Below are positions 19,148 to 28,317 of a stretch of DNA of 42,785 bases, in pieces. The position numbers were made by a program, and so were the translations under genes. Numbering within the stretch: the stretch's first letter is position 1; every line of letters begins with the position of its first letter. The stretch comes from Thermoanaerobaculia bacterium (GTDB taxonomy: Bacteria; Acidobacteriota; Thermoanaerobaculia; UBA5066): positions 1 to 42,785 of the forward strand of contig JBBRRY010000031.1 in NCBI GenBank assembly GCA_038245905.1, given 5' to 3'. A model generated the notes under the pieces. That model did not search any database. It worked only from the letters and a program-made list of their open reading frames with translations, and was not told the DNA's origin.

Positions 19148-21256
19148 ATGTCTTCAGGTTTTTTCAAGACTGTTTTGGCTCTGGTATTCGTATGCGCGGG
19201 GAGCGCGAACGCACAGGAGGCGGTTGCGACACCGGCGCCGACGCGCTCGGAAAACGTCGTCGTCCGGGCCATCCGCGGCGACGAGGAGGCGCCCGTCACG
19301 AAGACGGATCTCGACCGTCCGGCGCTTCTTGAAAGGGCGTGGGGGCAGGAGCTGCCGGCCCTCCTCGCGGACACGCCCTCCGTCACGCAATACTCCGAGA
19401 CCGGCTCCGGTCAGGGCTACGCGTACTTCACGCTGCGCGGTCTCTCCCAGACGCGCGTGAACATGACGTTCGACGGCGTACCGTTGAACGAGCCCGAGGA
19501 TTCCGCCGTCTACACAGCCGACTTCGGGAACCTCGCGCTGAACGTCGCGAGCGTCCAGGTCCAGCGCGGCGTCGGGACGTCGACGTTCGGCGCCGCGGCG
19601 TTCGCGGGCTCCGTGAACCTCGAGAGCCTCGACGCCGCACGTGAGCCGGGCCTCGCCGTCTCGCTCGGCGGCGGCTCGTTCGGGACGGCGCGGGCCAGCG
19701 CGGACTGGAGCTCGGGGACGTTCGGCGGCGGCTGGCGGCTGTCGCTGCGCCCGTCGTGGCAGACAACGGACGGTTTCCGCGAGCACTCGGGGGTGAAGCA
19801 GGGCAGCCTCTTTTTCACGGCCGTCCGCGACTTCGAGAGGTCGAGTCTCCGGATCTCGGGCTTCGTCGGCGAGGAGCGCATCCAGCAGTCCTTCAACGCG
19901 GTCGAGCCGGAAGTCCTCGAGAAGAGCCTCGCCTTCAACCCGATGTCGCAAGACGAGCGCGACCACTTCCACGAATATCTCGCCACGGCACAGTGGACGC
20001 TCGCGCTCGGCGACGAGGCGAGCCTCTCGCTCCAGCCTTACGCCGTCGGCGCGGGAGGCTGGTACCGGCTCTACTCGGACGAAGCGCGGACGAACCTGCA
20101 GGAGTACGGCCTCTCGTGGCTCTTCGGCGGCGGGATCGCGACATACACGCGGAAGCTCGGCGCGCTCCGTCTCACGCTCGGCGCCCACGCGTATGGCTAC
20201 AAGTCGACGCATACGCAGGACGACGAAGACGGGACGCGCAACTACACGAACCACGGGACGAAGAGCGAGCTCAGCGGCTTCGCCAAGCTTCTCTGGGACC
20301 TCGGCCGCTGGCACCCGTTCCTCGACGCGCAGCTGCGGCACGCGCGCCTCGGGTACGAAGGAAGCGTCGGGGACACGGCGAAGGGCTGGACGTTCTTCAA
20401 TCCGAAGGCCGGCGTGCGCGTGGACCTCTCGCCGCGGACGAGCGCGTACCTCTCCGTGGGCCGCACGGCGCGCGAGCCAGGGCGGAGCGACCTTCTTTAC
20501 GGCGAAGACAACGCGTCGGTGCTGCCCGACTTCGGTGCCGTGAGGCCCGAGAGCGTGTGGGACGTCGAGCTCGGCGGCGAGTGGCGGACGCCAACACTCA
20601 CCGTCCGCGCGAATATGTACGACATGGAGTTCGAGGACGAGATCGCGGCGACGGGTGAGCTCTCGCCGATCGGTCAGCCGCTCCGGCAGAACGTGGACAG
20701 GAGCTTCCGCCGCGGGATCGAGATCGAGGCCTCGTGGCAGGCCCTCGACGGCTTGCGGGTCACGGCCGCGATGAACGCGAGCCGCAACCGGATCTCGTCG
20801 TGGACGCAGTTCTACGACGTGTACGACGCAAACGGTGACTACGCCGGCTCGACGAGCCGCACGTTCAAGGACGTCGCCCCCGTCGCGACGCCGCCCTTCC
20901 TCGCGACGCTCGGCGCCGAGACGACCGCGATCCGCGGCCTCACGGTCGGCGTGACGGGGCGGTACGCAGCGGCCTCGTGGCTGGACAACACGAACACGGA
21001 AGGCCTCGAAGCTCCGCGGACATTCCAGCTGGACGCGACGTTCGTCGTCGACCTCGCGCGCTTTCTCCCAGCCGGAAGGCCGCGCCTCAAGGTGCAGGTC
21101 AACAACGTCCTCGACAACCGCCGGCTCTGGCCGCGCGGCTACTCGTACCTCTACGCGAACCGCAACGCGGCCGGGGCCGAGACGCTCGCCGGGATACCCT
21201 ATTACTACCCGCTCGCGACGCGCAGCGCATTCGTCTCGCTGGACATGGGGTTCTGA
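19148..21256 (+). CDS. TonB-dependent receptor, predicted thiamine transporter
   Basis: Signal peptide, TonB-box-like ENVVVRA, plug motifs TLRG...NMTFDGVPLNEPE...VQVQRGVGTS..GAAAFAGSVNL, C-terminal Phe. Substrate inferred from the upstream TPP riboswitch. Confidence 0.88.
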   Translation: MSSGFFKTVLALVFVCAGSANAQEAVATPAPTRSENVVVRAIRGDEEAPVTKTDLDRPALLERAWGQELPALLADTPSVTQYSETGSGQGYAYFTLRGLSQTRVNMTFDGVPLNEPEDSAVYTADFGNLALNVASVQVQRGVGTSTFGAAAFAGSVNLESLDAAREPGLAVSLGGGSFGTARASADWSSGTFGGGWRLSLRPSWQTTDGFREHSGVKQGSLFFTAVRDFERSSLRISGFVGEERIQQSFNAVEPEVLEKSLAFNPMSQDERDHFHEYLATAQWTLALGDEASLSLQPYAVGAGGWYRLYSDEARTNLQEYGLSWLFGGGIATYTRKLGALRLTLGAHAYGYKSTHTQDDEDGTRNYTNHGTKSELSGFAKLLWDLGRWHPFLDAQLRHARLGYEGSVGDTAKGWTFFNPKAGVRVDLSPRTSAYLSVGRTAREPGRSDLLYGEDNASVLPDFGAVRPESVWDVELGGEWRTPTLTVRANMYDMEFEDEIAATGELSPIGQPLRQNVDRSFRRGIEIEASWQALDGLRVTAAMNASRNRISSWTQFYDVYDANGDYAGSTSRTFKDVAPVATPPFLATLGAETTAIRGLTVGVTGRYAAASWLDNTNTEGLEAPRTFQLDATFVVDLARFLPAGRPRLKVQVNNVLDNRRLWPRGYSYLYANRNAAGAETLAGIPYYYPLATRSAFVSLDMGF

Positions 21257-21795
21257 TGGGCCTCGCCCGGGTCGTCGTGGCAGGCGGCGAGTGCACCGGG
21301 AAGACGACGCTCGCCCGCGCGCTCGCGGAGCGCTGGCAAACGGCCTGGGCTGCCGAGGCCGCGCGCGAAGTCGCGCTTGCGCGCCCGGGCGCTCTCGGGC
21401 CCGAGGACGTCCCCGCGATCGCGCACGCCCACTTGCGGCTGGCGGACGAAGCCGAGCGGGCCTCGCAGGAGTCGGGCCGTCCCGTCGTCTTTCTCGATCA
21501 GGACCTCCTCTCGACCGTCGTCTACGCCCGCCACTACTACGGGAGCTGTCCGCCGTGGATCGAGCGGCTCGCCGTCGAGCGCCGGGCCGACCTCTATCTT
21601 CTCTGCGGTCCGGACCTCCCATGGGAGTTCGACGGCGTGCGGGACCGGCCGGAGGCGCGCGCGGAGATCCACGCTCTCTTCCGGGACGCGCTCGCGGAAG
21701 CCGGCGCGAACGTCGCGGAGGTGAGCGGAGCCGGCGAGGCGCGCACGTCGGGCGCGGTCGCTTCGGTCGAGGCGCTCCTCACGCCCGGTTCCTAG
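21256..21795 (+). CDS. NadR/Ttd14-type AAA ATPase (ribosylnicotinamide-kinase-like domain)
   Basis: TGATG overlap with the receptor stop. Walker A GGECTGKTT, E.AR, FLDQD, and DLYLL..PDLPWEFDGVR typical of the NadR kinase domain; 179 aa. Confidence 0.82.
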   Translation: MGLARVVVAGGECTGKTTLARALAERWQTAWAAEAAREVALARPGALGPEDVPAIAHAHLRLADEAERASQESGRPVVFLDQDLLSTVVYARHYYGSCPPWIERLAVERRADLYLLCGPDLPWEFDGVRDRPEARAEIHALFRDALAEAGANVAEVSGAGEARTSGAVASVEALLTPGS

Positions 21796-21892
21796 CTTCG
21801 GCGGACGCAGACGGGCATCCCGGAGCGCGGAATCGGCCCATTCTCGCCGAGTCCGTTCCCGGGGGGCTCGCGTAGTGTATTTTTGAGGGGAC

Positions 21893-22702
21893 ATGACCGC
21901 AGCCTTTCGCGTCTCGCTGGTCGACTACGTCAACGCCTGGCCGCTGACATGGGGCTTCCTGCGCGGCGCCGTCGAGGGTACGGACCGGATTACGGACGTC
22001 CCGTCCGCATGTGCCGACCGCCTCGCCCGCGGGGAGGTCGAAGCGGGGCTCGTGCCGTCGGTCGAGGCCGCGCGCATCCCCGGAATCCGGATCGTGCGGG
22101 GCGTCGGGATCGCGTCCCGAGAGCGCGTGCGCAGCGTGATCCTCGTCAGCCGCCAGCCGCTCGAGGCCGCGAAGACGGTCGCCCTCGACGTCGCGTCGCG
22201 CTCGTCCGCCGCGATGGCGCGCATCCTCTTCCACGACCTCCTCGGCGTGAAGCCCCGGTTCCACGCGGCCGCGCCGGACCTCGACGAAATGCTGTCGCAC
22301 CACGACGCGGCCCTGCTCATCGGCGATCCGGCGCTCCGGGCGGACCTCGGCGGCCTCCACGTCCTGGACCTCGCGGAGGGGTGGCGCCGGCTGACGGGCC
22401 TGCCGTTCGTCTTCGCGATCTGGGCGGTGCGGCCGTCGGTTCCGCCGGAGCCGTTCCTGTGGTCGCGCGAATACGCGAAGACGCACGCACCCGAAATTCT
22501 CGACGCCGCGGCCGCCCGCACCGGGATGCCGCGCGACGGTCTCGCGGAATACCTCGACGGAAATCTGCACCACGACCTCACGGAAGAAGACGAGAAGGGT
22601 CTCGCCGAGTTCTACCGCCGCGCCTTCGCGCACGGCCTTCTCTCGTCCCCCGACCTGCCGCCGTTCGCGGGTGTCCCGCTCGTTCCCCGCCGGGAAGGGT
22701 GA
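21893..22702 (+). CDS. mqnA: Chorismate dehydratase, futalosine menaquinone pathway
   Basis: YVNAWPL, VRSV, SRSS, LLIGDPAL, DLAEGW..LTGLPFVFAIW; adjacent to mqnC. Confidence 0.9.
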   Translation: MTAAFRVSLVDYVNAWPLTWGFLRGAVEGTDRITDVPSACADRLARGEVEAGLVPSVEAARIPGIRIVRGVGIASRERVRSVILVSRQPLEAAKTVALDVASRSSAAMARILFHDLLGVKPRFHAAAPDLDEMLSHHDAALLIGDPALRADLGGLHVLDLAEGWRRLTGLPFVFAIWAVRPSVPPEPFLWSREYAKTHAPEILDAAAARTGMPRDGLAEYLDGNLHHDLTEEDEKGLAEFYRRAFAHGLLSSPDLPPFAGVPLVPRREG

Positions 22703-22711
22703 GGCATCCGC

Positions 22712-23908
22712 ATGTCCGCCGCCGCTTCTTCCGCCGCCTCGTATCCCGCCGTCCTGCCGAACGCACCGGCCCCGGGGCTCGGCGGCTCCTCGCGCGTGGC
22801 CGCGGCGATCGAGCGCGTGCGCGGCGGCGAACGCCTGACGCACGACGAAGGCCTCCTGCTTTTTCGGGAGGCGACCCTGCTCGAGGCCGGGGCGGCGGCG
22901 AACGCCATGCGCCGGCGGATGCATCCCGCGAATCGCGTCACCTACCAGATAGACCGGAACGTCAACTACACGAATGTCTGCATTTACCGCTGCGCGTTCT
23001 GCGCGTTTTACCGGCCCGCGGGCGATGCCGAGGGCTACGTCCTGCCGCTCGAGGAGATCGGGAGGAAGGTCGAAGAGACGATCGCCTTGGGAGGCACCGG
23101 CATTCTGTTGCAGGGCGGCGTCCATGCCGAGCTGCCGTTCTCCTACTACGAGGGCGTGCTCGCGTTCCTACGCGAAATGTATCCGCAGGTCCATCGCCAC
23201 GCGTTCTCCGCGCCCGAGATCTACTTCCTCGCGAAGAAGGAGAAGGCGTCTGTAAGGGACGTCCTCCAACGCCTGAAAGCGGCCGGCCTGCAGTCCGTTC
23301 CAGGCGGCGGCGCCGAGATTCTCGAGGACGAGGTGCGTAAGCGCATCTGGGCGCTCACGAAGGCGCCGACTGAGAAGTGGGCGGAGGTGCACCGCGAGGC
23401 GCACCGGCTCGGGATACCGACGACGGCGACGATGATGTTCGGGGTGGGGGAGACGCACGAACAGCGCCTGCACCACCTCGACATCGTGCGGCGCGTACAG
23501 GACGATTCGCTTGCCGAGGGCGTCGAGAGCTTCACCGCGTTCATCCCGTGGACGTTCCAGGAGGAGAACACGGCGATGGACGGAAAGGTCGAGACGGCGG
23601 GCGGCTACGATTACCTGCGCACGCTCGCGATCGCGCGCCTCTACCTCGACAACGTCCCGCACGTGCAGGGTTCGTGGCTCACGCAAGGCGCGAAGATCGG
23701 GAGCGTCGCAATGTCGTTCGGCGCGGACGACCTCGGCTCGATCATGATCGAGGAGAACGTGGTCGCCGCCGCGGGCTCGCACAACAAGATGGGCGAGCCG
23801 GCCATGCTCCAGCTCATCCGCGACGCGGGCTTCACGCCGGTCAAGCGGGGCTCTGTCTACGAGCGCTGCCGGGACGTCTGCTGCCGCGACCTGCCCGCAC
23901 TGTTCTGA
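22712..23908 (+). CDS. mqnC: Cyclic dehypoxanthine futalosine synthase (radical SAM)
   Basis: DRNVNYTNVC, CxxxCxxC (CIYRCAFC), LLQGG, PGGGAEIL, TATMMFG, FTAFIPWTFQ, and GADDLGSIMIEENVV, which is characteristic of MqnC. Confidence 0.9.
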   Translation: MSAAASSAASYPAVLPNAPAPGLGGSSRVAAAIERVRGGERLTHDEGLLLFREATLLEAGAAANAMRRRMHPANRVTYQIDRNVNYTNVCIYRCAFCAFYRPAGDAEGYVLPLEEIGRKVEETIALGGTGILLQGGVHAELPFSYYEGVLAFLREMYPQVHRHAFSAPEIYFLAKKEKASVRDVLQRLKAAGLQSVPGGGAEILEDEVRKRIWALTKAPTEKWAEVHREAHRLGIPTTATMMFGVGETHEQRLHHLDIVRRVQDDSLAEGVESFTAFIPWTFQEENTAMDGKVETAGGYDYLRTLAIARLYLDNVPHVQGSWLTQGAKIGSVAMSFGADDLGSIMIEENVVAAAGSHNKMGEPAMLQLIRDAGFTPVKRGSVYERCRDVCCRDLPALF

Positions 23909-23977
23909 ACCGCGGGGGACGTCGACATCCCCTCGTCGAGGACGGAGGCGAGAAGCCGCGAGTCCCGGAACGTTAGC

Positions 23978-26131
23978 CTATAGAGGAATCGCACGGTTGA
24001 AGGCCTTGGCGCGATTCCGGAATGCGGCGGCCCTCTGCTTCTCGCCCAGAGAATCGAGGGTGGTCGCGGCCAGGAGGTAGCTCCTCGGCGAGGGGTTCGC
24101 GCGGACCATCTCGTTCAACAGTCTGTCGAGGCCCGGCCGGTCTCCCTTCACGAAACGGATCACAGCGAGGCTCGCGTACGCCTGTGCATTGGCGGGGAAC
24201 GCCGCGATCTCCGCTCGAAAGGCCGTTTCCGCGTCGTCCAGCCGATCCATGCGGCCCAGGGCGTCGCCGCGAAGAAACTCGAGGTTGTAGATCGCCCCGA
24301 GCCGCTTCTCCCGGGCGGCCGCCTGCGCCTGCTCGACGGCCCGAAGCGCTTCGGCAGGCTTCCCGGCGCGCAGCTTGACCTCGGCCATGCCCAGGATCGC
24401 GGAGGGTTGAGGATTGCGCGACGCCGCTGCCGCTGTAGCCTCTTTCTCAGCGGCGGCAAGATCTCCACGCGCTAACGCGATACCCGCGAGGAGCTCGCGA
24501 GCCTTCGAGGGAATCGTGGCCAGCGAGGCCCTTGCGAGGCGTTCCGCCTCGTCGAAATGCTGTCGCCGGAGCTCGACGAACCCGAGAGCGACGGTGGTGT
24601 CGGGGAGGAATACCGGCGACCGATCGAGAGCCTGGCGATACGCGGCCGCGGCTTCCGTGTCCAGCCCGGATTCCGACAGCAGCTCGCCGAGCTTGACCCA
24701 GGCGTCGAACATCGCCGGGTTCTCCCGCACGCTCGCGCGCAGCACTTCGATCGCCTGGGGGAGCCGTCCTTCGGAAGCGAGGTGCCAGGCTTCTTCCATC
24801 CGCCGCAGGGCCGGGAGATTGTCGGCGGGGTTCGGCAGGTCCGCGCTCCCGCCGCTGTCGCGCAAGGTCCCGAGGTATCCCAGCGACGAAAGGCGCCGCC
24901 TCGTCTCCTCGTCCACGGGCCCCGGTTTCGCGCTCCCTCTCGGGAAACGGGACAACTCACTCCCGAGTCGGGAAACGGTGGCCGGGTCACTCTTCGCGAG
25001 GTTGTGCTCCTCGCGAGGATCCACCACCATGTCATATAGCTCGGGACGAGGCCCGTGAATGTAGTGGTACCTGGCGTCCAGAACGCTGCGAAGATCGCTC
25101 CACCCCAGCTGGAGACGCGGGAAAAGCGTCTCGCCGTAGATCGCACGGCGCGCCGCCCCCGTCGCGCCGGCCGCGAAGAGCGACGACCCGCTCACTTCCT
25201 TGGGCGCAGGAAGACCGAGCGCCGCCGTGACGGTCGGAAAAATGTCCGAGAGCTGGACGGGAGCCGCCACGCGGGTTCCCGCCCCGGAGTTGGTGGGGAG
25301 CTTGATCAGGAGCGGCACACGGATCGCTTCGCGATACAGGAAGATCGAGTGTTGCTGCTCGCCATGTTCTCCGAGGCCCTCGCCGTGGTCGGAGGTCACG
25401 ATCACGAGCGCCCTGTCGTACACCCCGAGCTTCTTCAGGCTGTCGAGAAATGCCCCCACGATCGCGTCGGACGTCGCCACCTCGCCGTCATAGGTGGCAC
25501 CGTACCGGCTCCTGAAGGGCTCCGGGGGATCGTAGGGAACGTGCGGTTCGTAGATGTGGAACAGGAAGAAGAACGGCCTGGCAGCGTGCTCGCCGATCCA
25601 GGTCTCAGCGAACGCCGCCGTCTTGTCACCGGCCCGCTGGTAGTTGACCGACTGGACGCCGGGCGTCGTGCCGAACGAGTCCTCGTAGAAGTCGAAGAGA
25701 GCGCCGAGGCCGGTTTCGAAGCGCAGCACATACGAAGAGAGGGCGGCCCCGGTCGCATAACCACGCTGTTTGAGCAGGCGGGGAAGGCTCATGTGGGCCT
25801 CGCCGTCGAAGACGAAGCCGATGTTGTTCCGGACCCCGTGCTCGGGCGGAAGCATGCCGGTCAGCATCGTCGTGTGCGCGGGAAGCGTCATGGGGCAGGG
25901 CGAGTACGCGTTCTCGAACAGCCAGGCGTCCTTCGCGAACCGGTCCAGAAAAGGCGTTTGGATCTTCGTATACCCATACAGCGGAAGGCGGTCGGCGCGC
26001 AGCGTGTCGATCGAGATCAGGATGACCGGCGCATCGGGAAACGTGGGAAGGGCACGCTCCCTCGAGCACCCCCCCATGAGGAGGCCGAAAAGCGCCACCG
26101 CGGCGAGGCTCGTCCGGTTCACCCTCGTCAC
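23978..26131 (-). CDS. Sulfatase-like (alkaline phosphatase superfamily) lipoprotein with C-terminal TPR repeats, copy 3
   Basis: GTG start overlapping the upstream stop (GTGA; alternative GTG at 26122). Lipobox-like LMGGC, IDTLRAD, TLPAH, HIYEPH, SDHGE, LSSLGYL, then helical TPR-like repeats. The listed ORF start at 26851 is an over-extension. Confidence 0.85.
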   Translation of the reverse strand: MTRVNRTSLAAVALFGLLMGGCSRERALPTFPDAPVILISIDTLRADRLPLYGYTKIQTPFLDRFAKDAWLFENAYSPCPMTLPAHTTMLTGMLPPEHGVRNNIGFVFDGEAHMSLPRLLKQRGYATGAALSSYVLRFETGLGALFDFYEDSFGTTPGVQSVNYQRAGDKTAAFAETWIGEHAARPFFFLFHIYEPHVPYDPPEPFRSRYGATYDGEVATSDAIVGAFLDSLKKLGVYDRALVIVTSDHGEGLGEHGEQQHSIFLYREAIRVPLLIKLPTNSGAGTRVAAPVQLSDIFPTVTAALGLPAPKEVSGSSLFAAGATGAARRAIYGETLFPRLQLGWSDLRSVLDARYHYIHGPRPELYDMVVDPREEHNLAKSDPATVSRLGSELSRFPRGSAKPGPVDEETRRRLSSLGYLGTLRDSGGSADLPNPADNLPALRRMEEAWHLASEGRLPQAIEVLRASVRENPAMFDAWVKLGELLSESGLDTEAAAAYRQALDRSPVFLPDTTVALGFVELRRQHFDEAERLARASLATIPSKARELLAGIALARGDLAAAEKEATAAAASRNPQPSAILGMAEVKLRAGKPAEALRAVEQAQAAAREKRLGAIYNLEFLRGDALGRMDRLDDAETAFRAEIAAFPANAQAYASLAVIRFVKGDRPGLDRLLNEMVRANPSPRSYLLAATTLDSLGEKQRAAAFRNRAKAFNRAIPL

Positions 26132-28317
26132 CTGCCGGACCGCGGGTACTTCCTGGCCCCCTCGGACCTGTAGACCGAGGCGCCAGCCGTGTCGCCCAGG
26201 ATCGTCAGAGTACGGACGGCCACGGCATAGGCTTGAGGAGACCCGTTCGTCCGAACCATCTCGTCGATCGTCTTCTTCGCCTCGGGGACGCTGTTCTGCG
26301 AGGCGTGCGCCATCGCCAGAGCCTGCCACGCGTCGACATACCAGGGGAAGTTTCTGACCTCTTCGGCGAACTCGGCCTCGGCCTCCGGGAGACGGCTCAT
26401 CCGGGCAAGAACGTTCCCGCGGAGGAAATGGATCCCGGCGAGATCCGCCAGGCCCCGATCTCCCACGAGCGCCTTCACCTGCTCCGTGATCTCCAGCGCC
26501 TTTGCGAGGTTTCCGCGCCGGGCCTCGACGTCGGCGAGGACGAGGTAGGAGCGTTTCCGCGTCCTTTTGGATTCGATCGACCGCCGCGCTTCGGCTTCGG
26601 CCCGAACGAGGTCGTTCTTCGCGAGGTAGGCGCGGGCCTTGACCTCGTGCCCGCCTGTGTCCCCTCGGGAGACGGCCAGGTCCGCGTTCGCGAGCGCCTC
26701 GTCGAAACGGCCGATCTGCATACAGAGGTTCGCGACGGAGAGAAGGTAGTTCGTCCGGTCGGTGGGGGAGAGCTCCACGGTCTTCCGGATCGCCTCGAGA
26801 GCCTTCTCCGGCCGTCCGGTCTGGACGAGCACCTGTGCGTAGGCCTCCCATGCGTCGACGATCCGCGGGTTTTTCGCAAGGAGCCTCTCGAAGGCTTGCG
26901 TGCTCTCAGGGAACCGCCCTGCCCGGGCGAGTCCCAGACCCTCCTTCAAGAGCCGCAACGTGGCGATCTCGTCCTTCGGATCCGGGGGCGGTCCGCCTCC
27001 GGGAGAGGACGTCATCGAGAGGTATCCGAGAGAGGCGAGCTTCTTCGCTTGCTCCGGATCGACGGACTGGGGAGCCTTGAACGCCGTCTTTCTCTTCTCC
27101 AGCTCGATCTTCATCGACCGGAGGGGGTCAGGCTTTCCGTCCGCCAGATTTCTCTTCTCGCCGGGATCGTTCGCGAGGTCGTAGAGCTCGGGCCGAGGCG
27201 CCTCGATGTACTGCCAGCGCCCGTCCACGAGAGATCGGAGCTCGCTCCATCCGAAGCGGATCTTCGGGAAGAAGGTCTCGGCGAGGATGCGGCGCTCCTT
27301 GGGCCTCGCGCCGGACGCGAGATCGACGAGGGAGAGAGTCTCCGGTGGCGGTTGAAATCCGGGGATTGCGAGGGTCTTCGCGATGGTCGTCACGACGTCG
27401 ATGAGCTGCACCGGAACCGGCACGCTCGTTCCCGCGAAGGCCGGCTTCTCCTCGCCGTCTCTCCTGGGAAGCTTCACGAGAAGCGGGACCTGGATGGACT
27501 CGCGGTACAGAAACACGCCGTGCTCGTCCTCGCCATGGTCCCCGAGCCCCTCGCCGTGATCCGAAAGGAAGACGATCAACGAGCGGTCGTAGCGGCCGCT
27601 CTTCTTCAAGTGCTCAAGGAACGTGCCCACGATGAAGTCGGCAGCGGCCACCTCGCCGTCGTAGGGGTTCGCGAAGCGGCTGCGGAAGGGCTCTTTGGGC
27701 TCGTAAGGGGCATGGGGCTCGTACAGGTGGAGAAAGCCGAAGACCCTGATCTCCTTCACGCCGTCCAGCCACCGGATCAAGAGGCCGGTCGTCTCGTCTC
27801 CGGCTCTCCGCACGTAGCCCATGGACTGTCCGGGCGACGAGGGCTCGATATCGTCGTCGTAGAAGTCGAAGCCGCGTGAGATACCGCTGGTTCCGGCGAG
27901 GACGATCGTCGAGACGGCGCCGCCCGTCGCGTAGTCTTGCCGTTTCAGAATTTCGGCGAGTGTCGGAATGGACGGATCGAGACGGTATCCCCCGTTGTCG
28001 AGGACGCCGTGGACCGCCGGGAGCGTTCCGGTCAGAAGGGATGCGTGGGCAGGCAGGGTGAGCGGGACGTGGCTGTAAGCCTTCTCGAAGAGGATCGAGT
28101 CCTGCCTAAGAGCCGAGAGCGCCGGCGTCTCGACGCCAGCGTAGCCGTAGAACGGCAGGTGATCCGAGCGAAGGGTGTCAACCACGATGAGGAAGACCGG
28201 CGCGCCGGGATGGGTCGGGGCGGCCTCTCGACGGCCGGGTCCCGTGCGGGAGCACGAAGAGCCCAGGAGGCCGAGGAGCAGGATGCCGGCCAGGCGGGCG
28301 GCGCGCTTCGTATTCAT
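26128..28317 (-). CDS. Sulfatase-like lipoprotein with C-terminal TPR repeats, copy 2
   Basis: Signal with LLGSSC, VDTLRSD, TLPAH, HLYEPH, SDHGE, LASLGYL, TPR-like repeats. ATGA overlap with copy 1. Confidence 0.88.
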   Translation of the reverse strand: MNTKRAARLAGILLLGLLGSSCSRTGPGRREAAPTHPGAPVFLIVVDTLRSDHLPFYGYAGVETPALSALRQDSILFEKAYSHVPLTLPAHASLLTGTLPAVHGVLDNGGYRLDPSIPTLAEILKRQDYATGGAVSTIVLAGTSGISRGFDFYDDDIEPSSPGQSMGYVRRAGDETTGLLIRWLDGVKEIRVFGFLHLYEPHAPYEPKEPFRSRFANPYDGEVAAADFIVGTFLEHLKKSGRYDRSLIVFLSDHGEGLGDHGEDEHGVFLYRESIQVPLLVKLPRRDGEEKPAFAGTSVPVPVQLIDVVTTIAKTLAIPGFQPPPETLSLVDLASGARPKERRILAETFFPKIRFGWSELRSLVDGRWQYIEAPRPELYDLANDPGEKRNLADGKPDPLRSMKIELEKRKTAFKAPQSVDPEQAKKLASLGYLSMTSSPGGGPPPDPKDEIATLRLLKEGLGLARAGRFPESTQAFERLLAKNPRIVDAWEAYAQVLVQTGRPEKALEAIRKTVELSPTDRTNYLLSVANLCMQIGRFDEALANADLAVSRGDTGGHEVKARAYLAKNDLVRAEAEARRSIESKRTRKRSYLVLADVEARRGNLAKALEITEQVKALVGDRGLADLAGIHFLRGNVLARMSRLPEAEAEFAEEVRNFPWYVDAWQALAMAHASQNSVPEAKKTIDEMVRTNGSPQAYAVAVRTLTILGDTAGASVYRSEGARKYPRSGR

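Noticed and set aside
19154-21622. Long antisense ORFs (822 aa here; also 10709..12319, 33890..35914 and others)
   Set aside because: They mirror well-supported genes on the other strand, have no motifs, and are expected from stop-codon scarcity at high GC.
21795-23908. mqnA-mqnC as part of the TPP-riboswitch operon
   Set aside because: A 97-bp gap with its own AT-rich element and RBS precedes mqnA, and I know of no thiamine requirement in these futalosine steps. Co-orientation is likely incidental.
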